The notes below the pieces were generated by a model. The model saw nothing but the letters and a program-made list of their open reading frames with translations, had not been told where the DNA came from and did not search any database. A stretch of DNA of 61,921 nt, counting the filler, from Bipalium vagum (taxonomy: Eukaryota), in NCBI GenBank assembly GCA_037834085.1. It is 3 parts of 3 records of this genome, joined end to end, with 100 filler letters (N's around TTAATTAATTAA, not from the genome) between each part and the next. Parts side by side here need not be neighbours in the genome. Positions count along the whole stretch, not along the records: positions 22,488 to 44,880 come from JBBMKC010221793.1; 2 more parts are not named here. One strand, given 5' to 3'. Positions 23,963 through 38,300 of the stretch are shown piece by piece. The position numbers and the translations under genes are program-made. The stretch's first letter is position 1; each line of letters opens with the position of its first letter.

Positions 23963-26900
23963 ATGGAATATTCCAATCCCGGATCAACAGCAAATCTGCC
24001 ATCGTCTAATAATCACATGTCGACAGAAGGTGCTCACAATTACGGTGATAATTCCAACGAGACCAGAGTTTTATCACCGGCAACCTATAGCCATTTCGAT
24101 GAAAAACAAGCATATCAATATCAAAATCAACCATCATCTCTCAATCAACTTTTACAAAACAATCAGTATGGGCCTTATTCTAATTTATCTTTGCGTCCAC
24201 CTGTTTCCAGTAATTATCATGCAAATTATCGAAATTACGAAAACAATTGGAATTTATCCCGATCTCAAGTCGAATCAGCTGTAAGTAGTAAATGCTATTA
24301 CTTGACTTTGTAAAGTAACGTCGTGACTAATTTAGCGAATATATTATTCTCAATATCAAGAATCATATCCCCAAAATACCAATGATGTCAATTCCAAAGG
24401 GGACAAAATTAAACCCAGCGATTATAATATGATTTCCAGTGAACTGCAAGGTAATAATAATAATTACAAATCGGACAATCGAAATTACCAAAATAATAAA
24501 TTGGATAAATCGAAGACGAATTTTTCCGATTGGAAACATAAAAACGAAACGATAAGTTCCATGGATGCAAATAATAAAGATAATATGATTAAAACCGATG
24601 TTGAGGTAATAATTGTCACATTTGATTTTTGTTTAAATTATGCACAAATTTAAAATTGTTTATTCTGATTTAAAAATTATCATTGATTTAAATTGTCATT
24701 GATTTTTTCGATTTTAACTACTACATAATTTAATGAATATTGGATTTTAGATTAAGCCTGACAAGCAAAATTCCACCGATTCGTCTGATTTAACTACGAC
24801 GACTTCCAAATCAGATTCCAATGTCAATACTGGTTTTCATTTAAATACTTGTAGCGATTTGTCATTAGATAAAAACGATATGCACAATGGACCTAATTAT
24901 ATCTATGAAAATAAAATCAATCAACAATGTAAAAACAAACATTGTGATAAATTTGTTGGAATTTTAATGTTGAAAAATGTTATTTTTATTTAGCTCAAAT
25001 GAAACCACAAACGTCGGCCGGTTATGATAATCCAATGTACAATCAGATGATGATGCAGCCTCAAAATTCAGCATATTATTCACAATTTCGTTACACCAAT
25101 CCTCCACCACCCAACAATACTCAAAATTACATTAATCCGAATAGCAGTGCAATAATGTCTAGTTCCATGTCGCGACCGCCATTGTTCAATTATCCAAATT
25201 ACATTCAAATGTCCAATTCCGCTCACGGTTACGGTGGATATCATCCGTCAAATATTTTACACCAAAACCGTCCGTTAAACGTACACAGCCCGTTCGTGTC
25301 AAGAGGAGACCAGTCTCCGTTCTCTCCCAATCCAGATAATTATATGAACGGATCAATTGCGTCACATCAAAACAACAATAGTGGAAGTTTAAAAGAATCG
25401 ACGGAAAGAAAAGGTAAAATGAATTGGATATATAACGTCTTTTTTGTTTATTTGCAATTCTGAAGAAGAAATCAATGTTCTTGTCAATATCAACCAAGAC
25501 ACTTCCAGCGCCGGTAGCAATTCCAACAAATCGGTCAATGCCAGGTCCTGTGCATCGAAAACCAAGAACGCACAAAAGGTTGGAATTGATTTGTTATGAA
25601 ATTTAATTGATAAAATCAATCTATAATAGTAAAAAAAATTCATTGATCAATATTTATTTGGTCTTTGTTATAATTTGAGTTTTTTTATGAGTATTTGTCA
25701 AGTTAAACTTTTATTTGTAATCAAGTTTTTCGAAAACAAATTGATCACCGTTAAATATTGAAATTGATTGTAAACTAGCAATCAATTTTTTTATGTCGAT
25801 CAATTCAATTCATTTTTTGCTTTATTGAGAATTTGTCTTGAATAAGGATTATCCAATAGCTTAATGTTGAAATATCTTAATTAATTGATTGTTAATCTTT
25901 GAATGTAAAATTCTCCTATCAGTGTCAATTACTGCTTTGATATCGAATGATTAATTCTTTCAAAGGTTTTCGATTATTATTATTGTAAGCAGAATATTGA
26001 TTCTTTTTTGTTTAATGTAATTAATAAATGACTCTTAAACCTCATTTTTTGTAGTAAACATTTGGTGATTTTTCTTTAATTTCAGCACCGTATCCCATTT
26101 TATGATATGCAGTGGTTTTCGTTGACATTTAATAATAGAGAAAAGGTTTCTTGTTCGAATTCTTTGATTTTGAATATTTCAATATACAAGCCATAGATTC
26201 TTCCTCAAAAGTTTTTCGAGCAATTTCAATTTTTATATAATTGATAAGAATTGAAGCTTGGTTTTTCTAGGAATTTTCATTAATATGTTTAGTATTAATT
26301 TTTCTTAAAGATTGATCTTTTTATTCTTTAGAATAATTACAATAAGTTTTAATAAATTATTACTAAGTAATACGAAATTAATCATTTTTTAAGTGGTGGA
26401 ATACTACAAATAACCAATTAAAATCTGTTTCATCACGATAATTATTGAAATGATAAATTATTTAAGATAATTAATTCATTCGTTTTTGATATTTTTTAAA
26501 AAATATGAAATTTGGTTCAATTAGGAACATGAATTAATTATAATTTATTTTGATTGATAGACTGAGATATTTTTAATTTTATCAACATGATTTTAAATCG
26601 TCTAAATGGATTAATATTACATTTTTCGTCAAATCTCTTAATGGGAATAATATTTTTAACCTTTTTTACCGTACTCCATTAAATTACTTTAGTTTTTTAA
26701 AAATCAATTAATTTTCTGATTAACTGTGAATTTAATTTTAATTTCTCTCAATGAACTGTTTAAATATTTTAATCTTTTACAAAAATTATAAATATATAAC
26801 CAAGGTACATAATATATTTACGGACGTGATGAGTTATTGAATAATAAGATTTAGGTTTTTAAAATGTTTCTTTGAAAATAGTTTAATTATTTTGCATTGA

Positions 26901-29900
26901 TAATCAATACATTTAATTTTAGAATGAAAGCCATCCTGCCACTCCAGTAAGCAATACTGTTCCTTCACCTTCACAGACTAGCATGAGTTCGATGATTGAT
27001 GAAAACGAAGACAGTGTTAGCAGTTTAGGGCCCAGTGAAACGGGCTTACTTCATCATACATCATTGTCCAATCAATCACAATTCAGCCAACATCAAATGA
27101 CTCCAGCTATGTCCCAGAATCACTCCATTATTTATCCTCAATCCTATCCCAATAACCAAGCTCCTCATACAATGATAAGTTCTTTTCCGAGTCATTTGCC
27201 TCCACAACACAGGCCTTTCACGCCCAGCTCCAATATGATGTCTAATCGCCAAATTTATCATAATGAATCTCAGATCAATAATAGTTGTTATCAAAAATTG
27301 ATGGAGCTGGGAAACGAACCTGAAAGAGGACCTTGGATTGAAAGGTATCTACGATTCATGCAAGAAAACAATACTCCTCTCAGTGCTGTACCAACCGTTG
27401 TTAAGCAGCCCCTTGATCTGTTTCGATTATATCACGCTGTTCGCGAACGAGGAGGCCTGTTGAATGTGGTCAAAACCAAGAGATGGAAAGAAATTTGCTT
27501 GATTGTAAACGTCAATGCTTCAGCATCTGGCGCGTATACGTTGAGAAGAAATTATATCAAGTGTCTTTTGGATTATGAGTGTAAGTTTGATCGAAACGGT
27601 GTCGATCCTGGACCAATATTACAGGAAATTCAAAGTCTATCAGACAAAAAGAAAAAGAGCACTTCTAGGAACACGGGGTCGTCACCATCTTCCACAATTT
27701 CTTCAGGTCAGACATCACAACATAATTCAGAATATGGTAACACCTCAACTCCCAGACCCCCAATAGCACATCCTGATTTTAATACTCCTCATCCTTTCCA
27801 TGGTCATAACCCATACAACAATGTTTTTCATAACGGCTCCATGATACATAGAAGCCAAATGCATTATCAAGCTCAACGGGGACAAAATCCATACCCGGGT
27901 CCATACACCGGTCCACGAATGATGGGTTTCAATTCTCCAGTCAATGCAATACATCCTCATGTAAGATATGATTCTAATATCCCTCAAAACTGGAACAAAT
28001 CAATCGTCATGAATCAGCAACAGCAACAATGGTCCAGTTCAGGTTCCAGTAACAATTCCACGCATCCAATGCAAATGCCAATGTCGCCGGGAGCTCCATC
28101 CAATATTCCAAATGTATTCCAACAGTCTCAACAAAGTGAGTGTTTAGTAAATTACTAATTTCCAATAAAATGCGTATAAACTTTATAAATTTAAATAGTT
28201 GGTGATAATTTTGACATCAATTCAAAAGATGCTTCCAAATTGGAACCTAACCTGGCTCGTTATACGACTTATGACAACAATAATAAACATTTGGATAATT
28301 TTAGTGTTGATAAAGAAGCCGATAAAATTGAAATGATTTCTAAATCTGACTCTTCAACCTACTACAATAATCCTTATATAGAATATGCTGGGCCAGAAAT
28401 ATGCGATTATAAAAATATGGCTTCTGCTAACACTAGTCAGTTTTATCCACCAATGCAACAATACCCATGCTTCACGTACTCACGACAATATAGTTCAACA
28501 TTTCGACAACCTGTTCCTAGCTCACTTTCATTTTCATCCTATTATCCACCAAATCCTAATTATATTTATCCGCCCAGTGGTGCTGTTTCTTATTCTTCTA
28601 ATATGATGACTAATTCCCATCACGTAACCAATAGTGTCAGCTCACATTCCTCTACACCGTACTATTCTAGTAAGTTCAGTAGAGCATCAGTCGCACTTTT
28701 GAATGTCGTTATGTTAATGTTACCACCTGTTTGTTTATTATATTTATATATACATATATCATATAATATGCATGTTTGTTCTCAGTAATAAAAATATTAC
28801 ATATTGATTTTTTTTTGAATTTCTAATCAATAATGATAATTAATAATAATTAATTCAGTTGGAAATATTCAAGAGCATTCTCGAAGAATGGATTGGAAAT
28901 CAAATTACGGTGGAATGCCTCCTCCTCCTCCACCACCTCCCAATGTTCAATCATCAAATAGACCAAATCTTCCCAATACATCTCAAATTGGATCTGGTAA
29001 TCATCAACAATATCATTCAACTATCTCTCACTCTAATTACTCTAACCAAGCCTCAAGCTCGTACAGTCAACAAAGACCAATAAATCCCCAATTACCATCA
29101 AATTTAATGTCTATAAATCGAAACATTCTTCAACCTACCAATAATAATTTGGGTGATCAAATGAATTACATTAACAAATCTATAGGGCTCTCTTCGTCCA
29201 ATGCTATACCGAATTCGAATCATAGTTTGTCATCTAATTCCAGTTATAATAGGTCGCACATGGAGAATTTGAGGATAAATCAAACTTTTGAGCCATCAGT
29301 AAGTTTATTTTTGTTTCATTAATTAGAAATGCTTTATCAGTAAAAGTATTTTTTATGCAAAATATATTTTAAAAATTATAGTAAATAATGGTTGGTGGTA
29401 AGTGCGAGTGTATTATAAAAATACTTTTCCCCAAATAAATTAAAATTTAAAGCCACCAGAATTCAGAGATAATTATTAATTCTAATATTTCCTCTTTTTA
29501 TGAGGCATTTGTGTACTGCAAATAAAAATTCAATTAAGATTTAGTTGACAATAAGAACAACACCGATTTATTATCATAGCAATTTTCTACTTGTTGACAC
29601 GAATTGTCTTGGATGTCAATTTTGCAATTTATGGTAATTGAAGTAGGAAGGAAAATATAATGATTATATTTAGATATTTAAGAAATTCTGTCCTACATTA
29701 ATCATACTATGCTTTTGCATTAGGACTACAATTTTATGTGCACTAACATTTAAGGATATTGATTTCTCATAAATTAAACTATTGATTTATTTTTGTATTA
29801 TTTTTTTACTATTAAAAAATCAATATTGATTGAATAAACTTTCAGTTTTTGTTATCATTTCATTAGCTATTTTCAAAATTTTCATGTCTTCTATATGCTT

Positions 29901-32326
29901 TAGAGATAAGCATTTTGTGAAATAGATTCAAAATTGTCGATTAGTATTGACAAAATCTGTGTTCCGGTCGTAGTTTTAGCATGTGATTGTAAAATGTCTA
30001 TGATATTGTTTATTAAACTGCCTTGTATGTGTATTTTTGGTGTTGGTAGTGGTGGCAGTTGTCTTTGTATTATTAATTTTAACAATAGTCTATTTATAGG
30101 CTTATTTTCTGATTCATTTTTTATCGATTATTTAAATGTTTACACCTTTTGTGGTTTAGAAATCAAATTCTCAATTTCTGAAACGATATGTTAGTCTCTT
30201 TCCTCCTAATTCTGTTGAGGCAACTCAACCAGATTACAGCAAAAAAAGAAAATTCCGTACCAAAGATATTAGTAAGAATCGTTAGCTGAAAAGATTTTAA
30301 ACTTCACTTTTCAACTTTAGAAGTATTTAATCCAACTAGTGTTACCATGGCTCTAAAATCCGGACTTGTTACGGAAATTAATTGGGCATTAAACTCTCTG
30401 AATATTTGGTCCAGGGATGATACGTTTTTTGAAAAATTGAACTTGAAAAATCTCATGCCAATGTTTCAAGCTTTAATTGACGTATGGCGTAACAGTCTGG
30501 GAACCATATTTGGCAGAAATCTGTTCATTAAAGAGTTGGAACTGCCAGTCATTCTCGATGAAAATGTTCACAATAAAATGGATGTCAAGATTTTTCTCAA
30601 GAAAATAGGAATGGTTCTGAAAAACAGACAATTTAAGCAAGAAAAAGAAGTTAGTACAAAATTTTCCATGAATAAGCCTGAAGATGACTATAAATTTGCT
30701 CAAGACAAAGTTATTGATTTATTACATGGAACTAAATATTCAATGGACCGAAATGGGTTATCTGTTAAGTTGGATTTAAATGCAAAATTAGAATATGCTC
30801 TTGACGGAGATTCTAATCTTAAGGATTTTGTAATCAAAATGTGTTCAAATTCTTCTGCACCAGAAAATGAAAATAATACAAACTACTTTGATTTTAAAAT
30901 GCAATCTCAATCAAAAACGTGTAGTCTTAGTGATCTTTGGAATATAGGAGGGTCTGATTCAACTTATCATATCTTACCCCCTTTACTGTCACAAAATAAA
31001 AATACCAATAACGAATGGTATTTACAGCTGGCAAACTGTGATATTCCTCAAATTCTCGACACCTCTGAAAATTCCTGTTGTGAGCCACCAGAAATTAAAA
31101 GAAGTAGATGTACATCTCCACATTCACCGTCGTCTTCGAATCCTCCAAATTTAGAGCACGAAAATCACATAGGCACTCTGAAACTCATCGAAAGTGTTGA
31201 TGATGTCGAATGCTGTCGGTTACAAGCTAAATCAGAAATAATCAATGATGGTGAGACTCTTTTTTTCAACATTGAAGACTCTGATGAAGAGAAAATGTTG
31301 AGATGTATCAGTGTGTCGAATGCCATAAGAAATTTGAGTTTTCTCAATGGAAACGATCGATTGATTGGGTCTAATCGTGCTACCCTAGTGATCCTTGGTA
31401 GATTACTTTTGCTCGGTCATGAACACAGTACAGGCGAATGGCCCACTGTAAATAACGAAAAGGAACGCTGGTGGTTAAAGTGGATCGATGATATTCGGGA
31501 ACATGTATTTGTCACCTTGGTTAACATATCAAGCTATTTGGAGCTCAGTAAACATCATGAAATCATTGTTCGGCCAATTATAACAGGTTTGCTTCATTGG
31601 CTAACATGTACCTCTGCCGCTGCAGAAGATTCGTTACCAAGTCACAGAGTTTTAGGTTGTCGCAGATTGGCATTGGAAAGTCTAATGAGGTTATGTGTTC
31701 ATGAAAAGAATATCGATTATATTCTGTCAACCAGTAAAGGGTCAGATTCAGTGATACGAGAACTATTTAACTATTTGACCTCATCCTTTTGCTATCCTGA
31801 TGTTCAAATTGTCAAAGAAATGTCATTAGCAGTTATGCATTATTTGTCTATGGGGGGTGAAAATGGGATTGGCTGTATTTATTTAGCCAATGCACAGCCA
31901 AATATAATAAGCGGTTTAATAAGTTTCATAGAAATCACTGAATCTCAAATTAGACACGTTGTTGATAATATGGGCATGGAAGCCTTACAAGCGAGGCCAG
32001 AGCTGATGGGAACGAGTCTGGAATTTTTAAGACATTCAGGTGCTCTGTTAAATCGAATAGCAACCTTTGAAGTCAACAGAAAACACTTCAGTCGAGATCA
32101 TGAAATTAGAATGTTAAATTTGGTTATATCTACGGTCCTGGATCAAACTGTAGCCCAATCAATATCCGGTGTCTTGTACCTTCTCAGTAATCATGATGTA
32201 AATCAAAGTAAACCAGAAACATGTAACAAATTCAAGTCCTTCTTAACTTTTAATGATTTGAGCTTCTGTGAGAAGGATAATGCGGTGTCGTCAATACACG
32301 AAAGCGAGACAAATTGTGCAAACTGA
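23963..32326 (+). CDS. ARID1: ARID1/osa (BAF250) SWI/SNF subunit. Exons 23963-24280, 24336-24605, 24751-24928, 24994-25413, 25466-25578, 26923-28135, 28199-28669, 28859-29298, 30160-30271, 30321-32326.
   Basis: ARID domain (KLMELGNEPERGPWIERYLRFM...KQPLDLFRLY.AVRERGG...W...LRRNYIKCLLDYECKFDR); FPPNSVEATQP motif; BAF250_C region (MALKSGLVTEINWALNSL, RCISVSNAIRNLSF, LMGTSLEFL). All nine introns are GT-AG and in phase; 5541 nt in total. Confidence 0.95.
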
Positions 32327-33739
32327 TAATAAAAAGATATATTTAGCTGTAAGTAATTCTGAACCTGGAAGCCGGTGCTTTTCTTTCATCATAAATAACA
32401 AATTATTTCAATTCCAAAAGTTGTACTGTAAATATTTTTATTTACTGTTAGAATTTCTGATTTTGTGTTAAATTCTCTCTTAATTGAAAGATATTTATAC
32501 TGAAACATTTGTTTTAGTATGGTTATGTAACTTATTAGATTCTATCCGATTATTTAAGATAAATGTAAAGGATATCAAATAATATTCAGTTCATGCGATG
32601 AGCTTATTAAAATAGTTAAGTTGAATAAAGTTAGTGTAATATTAAGATGGAGTTTTATTGAAATCTTAAATTTGTTTTACTTCGTTGAGGAAAATGCATT
32701 TCTTATCCTTTGTGTAAATGTATAGAACGTTTTACTGTCTTTGTAGGTTTAGTGTTATAATTATGATGGGTTTTTATAATTTTCTGATCGTGTATTATTT
32801 GATAATGGAAATTATTTAATTTGAAATGGAGTCTTTTCATGTATAATATGTAATATAAATGTATGTGATAATGATTTATTTTGACTAGTTTTGTTTTAAT
32901 AATCTAATACTAACAAATATTATGTAAAAAATTTAAATAATCTTTAATGAAAAAATTAAATATTTGCATAATATTTATCTTTATCAATTAAATTATTTAA
33001 AGGATATTTTCGATTCGGTTTTTCAATTATCTACTTTGTAAAAATAAATAAATTATGCATTGGTAAATTTGAAGTCATTTTGGAGATCCTTTGCAGTGAA
33101 TGGAGATCAACGCATTTCTATTTTCTCAAAAGTGATCTTTTGTAAAAAAGAAAGATGTTTGAAGTTTGTTAAACTTAGTATATCTATTATTGTTAATCAA
33201 GAGAAGTTAGTGTAAAAAAGTAATAAGTAAATCTGATGAGTAATAATTTACTTTTATACATGAAAAAAGTATATAATTCGAACTTTATGTAGTAACTGAA
33301 TATGAGATGTCAAAAGGGTTAACCATGTAAAAAAGTAAATTAATATTGTATAATAAGAATAATTTCAAAAACTAACATTAATATTACTCATTAGTTATTT
33401 TATAATTATTATAAAATGTTAATAGCAATTATAATTTGGTGATCATAAACTAATTTAAGGGTGAAAGTGATAAAAAAAATATTTACTAAATGAATTGTTA
33501 ATGAATTTTGTTCAAAAGAAGGTTTGGAAGAAAGTGTTTAATTTTTGGTGCACGTTACTCAAACAATTTTCGTTTCCAAAGTTTTAAATTTATTTATTAA
33601 TGTTACGATCTATACAGTGCTCCAACTAATTATTGCCGAACAAAGAAAGTGCACATGTTTCAAGATAGCAGCATATTTTTTGAACTATTATTATATTTTT
33701 CATTAACGGAGACAAACACATAAGGAAAATGACCGATGG

Positions 33740-36000
33740 AAAAGATGGTAATGGACGTCGTTGGGCTATTCTCGAAAGCGATTTCAGGAGATAAGTTTAT
33801 AATAGTTTTTTGTGACTACTTTATAAAATGACCGGAAGCATCTACAATGCAGAATTAGAAATCAGTAAGTATAACGAAGATTTTTGGGAAAATATTGTTT
33901 TCAGGTACAGACAACAGAACGAATTTCATAATTGAATTAATCGGCATTTGAGAGTTGTTTGTCATCTGGAAGTTCAAAACGTCATCATACAGTCCGCAAA
34001 TAGATTACTTAGTGGAGAGATTTAATGGAACACTACTCAACATTTTATCGCATTATAATAACAAACACCAAACAGTTTGGGACGTATATATATCGTCATG
34101 TTTGTTTGTGTACAGAAATTCAGTCTATCCAACAAAGGGAAAAAAGTTTTATTTGATGTATTTGAGGAATAACAACATACCGATTTGGAGTATCTAGATG
34201 AAGAGAATTTTAAAGTTTTATTGAGAAAGGACTGCAATAGACATGAAAAAATCGAGACTTAATATAAAATATGGCCAGGAAAAATATGTTACGATATTAT
34301 TTCACCATGAACCCTGTTGTAATCTTAGCTCGAAACGTTACTGACCCCTTCACTTGTTCCTATACGTATACGCAATTGAATGAATCAAACAATTATGAAC
34401 AACACTTTATTGCTAAAATAACAATACAACAAAATCTTTCCAACAATCAGTAAAATGTCTACAATCAAATGTTTTTGTATAAAACGAAGGATCAAATAAT
34501 AGCACGCTGAAAATCGAATAATAATAAAATGTCAAATCGAGTAAGTGTCTATTCGTTAATTATAAAAAAAGAAACAAAAAAAAAGCATAACAATTTAAAT
34601 ACTCTCACTGCTTGAGACGACAGGTCCAAACGGTGGTTAGCTGAGCCCAATCCGATCCGCTCAGAAACCCCCTAACCGCACAGGACCCGTCGTGTGCTCC
34701 TGTCGCATGGAGGGCATCAAGATAAATTACTGTTTCAGCAGTAACCTTCGGATAATAGCGGGTTCTCTTCTGACAGCTCTTGATCTTTCTGACAACATTA
34801 ACAATAATAACGGCTTAATCCTTCTTCTGACTCTAGTAATAGTAAGACGGCTTGATCCTTCTTCTAATAACAATAATAGTACGGCTTGATTCTTCTTCTG
34901 ACACTAATAACAATAATAGTACCAATAACAATAATCGTAACAATTCTCGATCACTTTCCTGTGGCAATCCACTGCGGATTCCAACTCCTTATATACTATT
35001 CTGATCAGACGATCAATCAATCGTAGAACAGCTTTATCATTGGAGAATGTCAATTCCCTTTTTAGACCGATAATTCTAAATCGCTCCCTCCTTCCGGACC
35101 CTGATCTAATCTTGGCAATTTAGGTTCGCCATTGTCAAGATTAGATCCTTTTTAGAAATAATTAATGGCCCATTTTTTACTTTTTAATTAATTAATTAAT
35201 AATTATTATTAATTTATTTCTGACCCTCTTGTGGTCTTAATAATTAATTGATAATAATCAATTAAAACCTTATTGCGGTCTCTACCATATACTTTACAAG
35301 GGTTGGCAAAGATGTGTCCTTGGCTAACCCAACAACGATATGACAAGACGGTGAAGGAGCATAATTTCAGAATTGTTTCACAAAGTGATGATAATGGCAT
35401 TGTAACCGAAACTTCAAAGAATGTTTAAAAGTCTATATGCGGTAGAAAGAGTGACACCAACTAAACTATCATTAGTGAGCACTTGAAAATTAATATCGTT
35501 CATAGTGCAGTGCATGCAAATCGATGTAAGAAGTGGATAGAACAGACCAAGGAGTGATACCTATAATGATATCGAGAGTAGCGGAATCTAGTAGCAAATA
35601 TTAAGCCATCAAGATGGTTTAGGTTCCCATTGGTAATCATGATGATATGTCGACTAGCATTAATTATTAAGTCTGTTTGAGCACTATAATATCACTTTAG
35701 GAGAAGAGAACGAAGTGCGATGACGAGAAGGAAAATGAAAAAAATATTGAATTTGGACCTAAGCTTCACCAAAACGAAAAAGATAAAGAAAAAGCAGCAC
35801 TGATAAGGATGTGATGAAATAATAACATAAAATTTGATGTAGATGTCACAATATGTTTTATATTGTCAATAAAAATTTCGTTTAGTTATTTGAATTAATA
35901 GATTCGGAGGTCCGAATCTCACCAAAATCGGAATGTCTGTTGGGTTGGTCAAAGACACACCCTTTTGAATTGTAAAGACCATCAAAGAGCCTGGGTTATA
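33740..36000 (+). mobile_element. Decayed Gypsy LTR retrotransposon 3' part: integrase, GPY/F-like module and start of the 3' LTR at 35938
   Basis: MDVVGLF...FIIVFCDYF...TSSYSPQIDYLVERFNGTLL...WDVYI..CLFVYRNS. After the inserted LTR: RYDKTVKEHNF...KLQRMFKSLY.V...VHANRCK. TGTTGGGTTGG at 35938. Confidence 0.85.
34295..35334 (-). mobile_element. Solo LTR (1040 bp) inserted antisense into the Gypsy integrase, TSD ACGA
   Basis: ACGA at 34291-34294 and 35335-35338. Reverse strand starts TGTTGGGTTAG and has TATATAAG near 34990 and AATAAA near 34410, with internal tandem repeats at 34760-34930. Excision restores ML-RYDK. Confidence 0.8.
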
Positions 36001-37519
36001 ATAATAAAATTATAATCATAAATAATTATTTTGTTTGAATAACATGCCGGCATGCTAGGAGTCCAAATTGATGCGAGTATGGGCAAGTTCGATGAATCTC
36101 TATTGAATTCCTGCCAATGTTTTCAGTTAAGTAATCAATATAAATTAGTACAAACTTTGAATATGGATGGATTTGTGGATTGTGTCACTATTCCTCATTC
36201 AAATTCTACTTAATATATCTCTTGTTTTGCATTGCATTAAAGTGGGACACATGGATATCCTTCAAATTTAGAAAATATGGTTAATCACATAGATTGCGGA
36301 AGACATATGCTTTCAAAATACTCTTCATATCAGGACATGACTTTTCGCGAAGATAGCTGTATTTCCTCTCAATATAAAAGTAATGAATGAGACAATTTTA
36401 CATAGTATCATATGTGATTACTATAGCTTTTCAGTAAGATTTTCTTTAATTGCAAATATCGTGGTTTTTCTAATTTATATACAGTTTATAATAATAATAA
36501 TTCTGTCGATCCTAAAAAAATGATAATAAAAAAATGGATAATGTAAAGTTTTTTGTAATTTTAAATACCATGATAATTTATTTGAATCTTCTGAATCTCT
36601 TAATTCGATTAATAATCAGCCAAATAATAAAAAAGGTTTTTCTCAGAGGCTTTTCACCCAGATTTCTTCATCCCAAAGTAAGCAAAATTTTAAAAATGCA
36701 CAATTAAATTACAATTCTCCATTTAATAAAGTGAAGAATAAAAAAGATAATAACTTTAATAATAAAACAATTAATCAAAGTCACGAAATAAAAAATCACC
36801 CATTAAGCTCCAAAGTTTTGACTTGTAAACTATATAAACGAGAAAAATGGATTATATATACTGCATTTTTCAGAGCTGGGAGAACTAAATAAATCTAGTA
36901 AAAGCGTTAACAAATGGTTTAATATTATTCAAGTATTAAAACAAATGTTGCTGAGATATTAAACATTAACAATCTTAAAATCATATACTATAATGATAAG
37001 TTATATGATATAAATATATGATTAATTAACTGATATAAAACGGTAAAATAATAAATCGAATTCCAAACAGTATTTTCAAAGTCTCTAAACAATTTTTAAG
37101 AATTATTCAGAATCACTGTAATAACTTATCATAACAAATTAGATTAACGAATTTAATAAAAATAGGTACCTAGGGAACACAATGATAGAAATATAAGTTT
37201 AGTATACAAGTTTTTACATTATATAGTCAGGGAAAAATTTCATCCCTTAATAATAACATTTACGAGCTTACAACTGATAAGATACATCATCTACAATTCA
37301 AAATAATCTAGAAAAATAATCAAAAATAGCTGTTACACTTGTTGATTTGTAATAGTAATAATAATTGCAATAATAATAATAACCATGGTAATATAATCCC
37401 AGTTTTAATTGGGAAGGTAGTAGCAATAACGATAATAATTATAATAATAAAGTAACAATAATAATAATAGTGATAATAACAATAATGCTAATAATGAGCG
37501 CTTTTGTTGTTATTTTATA

Positions 37520-37875
37520 GTAATTAACCTCGGCGTCGAGGTTAAGAATAGTACTCCATCGTTGGAGTTACTGAATTCTTTTGTCTCGGCGTGGAAGCAA
37601 AAATAGCAATTAGAGGCTATTGAGGGAGATAGCCATCTCGAAGCATAGGGATTGGTGATCGTAGGCCAATCTCTATGACTATATAAAGACGGCTATTCCC
37701 ATCAATTCGCCGTCAGGAAAAACTACAGAGAACTACGAATTCAGGACGTCGAAGCAGGTATATCAAAATTTCTGTGGACATGACAATGCAGAAGGATTTC
37801 ACAAGGGAACCCAGCGAGCTTGGGAACTCCTAGGTGACCTGAGAAGGGCCTAGAGGGCGTTTGGGGACCCTTTGA
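37520..37875 (+). mobile_element. LTR-like promoter repeat, homologous to 56356-56930 (- strand)
   Basis: Shared blocks TAGGGATTGGTGATCGTA, AATCTCTA.GACTATATAAAGA (TATA) and TGGGAA.TC.TAGGTGACCTGA.AAGG.CCTAG. Confidence 0.75.
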
Positions 37876-37908
37876 ATCAGTAGAGAAACCAATGAGTATC
37901 TAACAAGA

Positions 37909-38300
37909 TTGGTTAAAAGATACAGAAAGCAGCACGAAGAAGAAGAATATGATGAAGCAACCAGAGAAAATCAAGAGAGACTATTGGGATTGTTGGAGTT
38001 AATGGATCCAGGTATGGAGACAACAGGTAAACCGGATGATTTGACCTTAGAAATCTATGCAAAAATAATGAAAATTTTGGAGGATGTGGAGAATTTTGTG
38101 AATGAACCAGACAGTATTAGCAACGAATTATGGCTGACATAGTTATATGAAGGTAGAATGGATAAAGAAAAGGCCATGATGGGCATAGCCTTAATCTTAA
38201 AGAGAGTCAATAAAATAAATCGGGAGTTGAAACGGCAGAATACAGAAATTTCGATTTGAGGAGCAAATAAGACGATTGGTGAATTTTTCGGACCGTGGAT
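37909..38300 (+). pseudogene. Unknown acidic/helical ORF remnant downstream of the LTR-like repeat
   Basis: The ORF frame continues past an in-frame stop (NELWLT*LYEGRMDKEKAMMGIALILKRV); purine-rich, coding-like bias; no recognised motif. Confidence 0.4.

Noticed and set aside
20822-23963. Bidirectional promoter shared by the Ig receptor and ARID1
   Set aside because: The genes are separated by an artificial linker and the receptor's 5' exons are missing.
25186-31347. Antisense and alternate-frame ORFs over ARID1 (e.g. 25186-25575, 27076-27294, 30473-30703)
   Set aside because: Shadow ORFs of real exons with no motifs of their own.
36480-37500. Possible gag-like ORF ending in an Asn-rich tract
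   Set aside because: Too degraded; only a vague FSELGE...VNKWF similarity.
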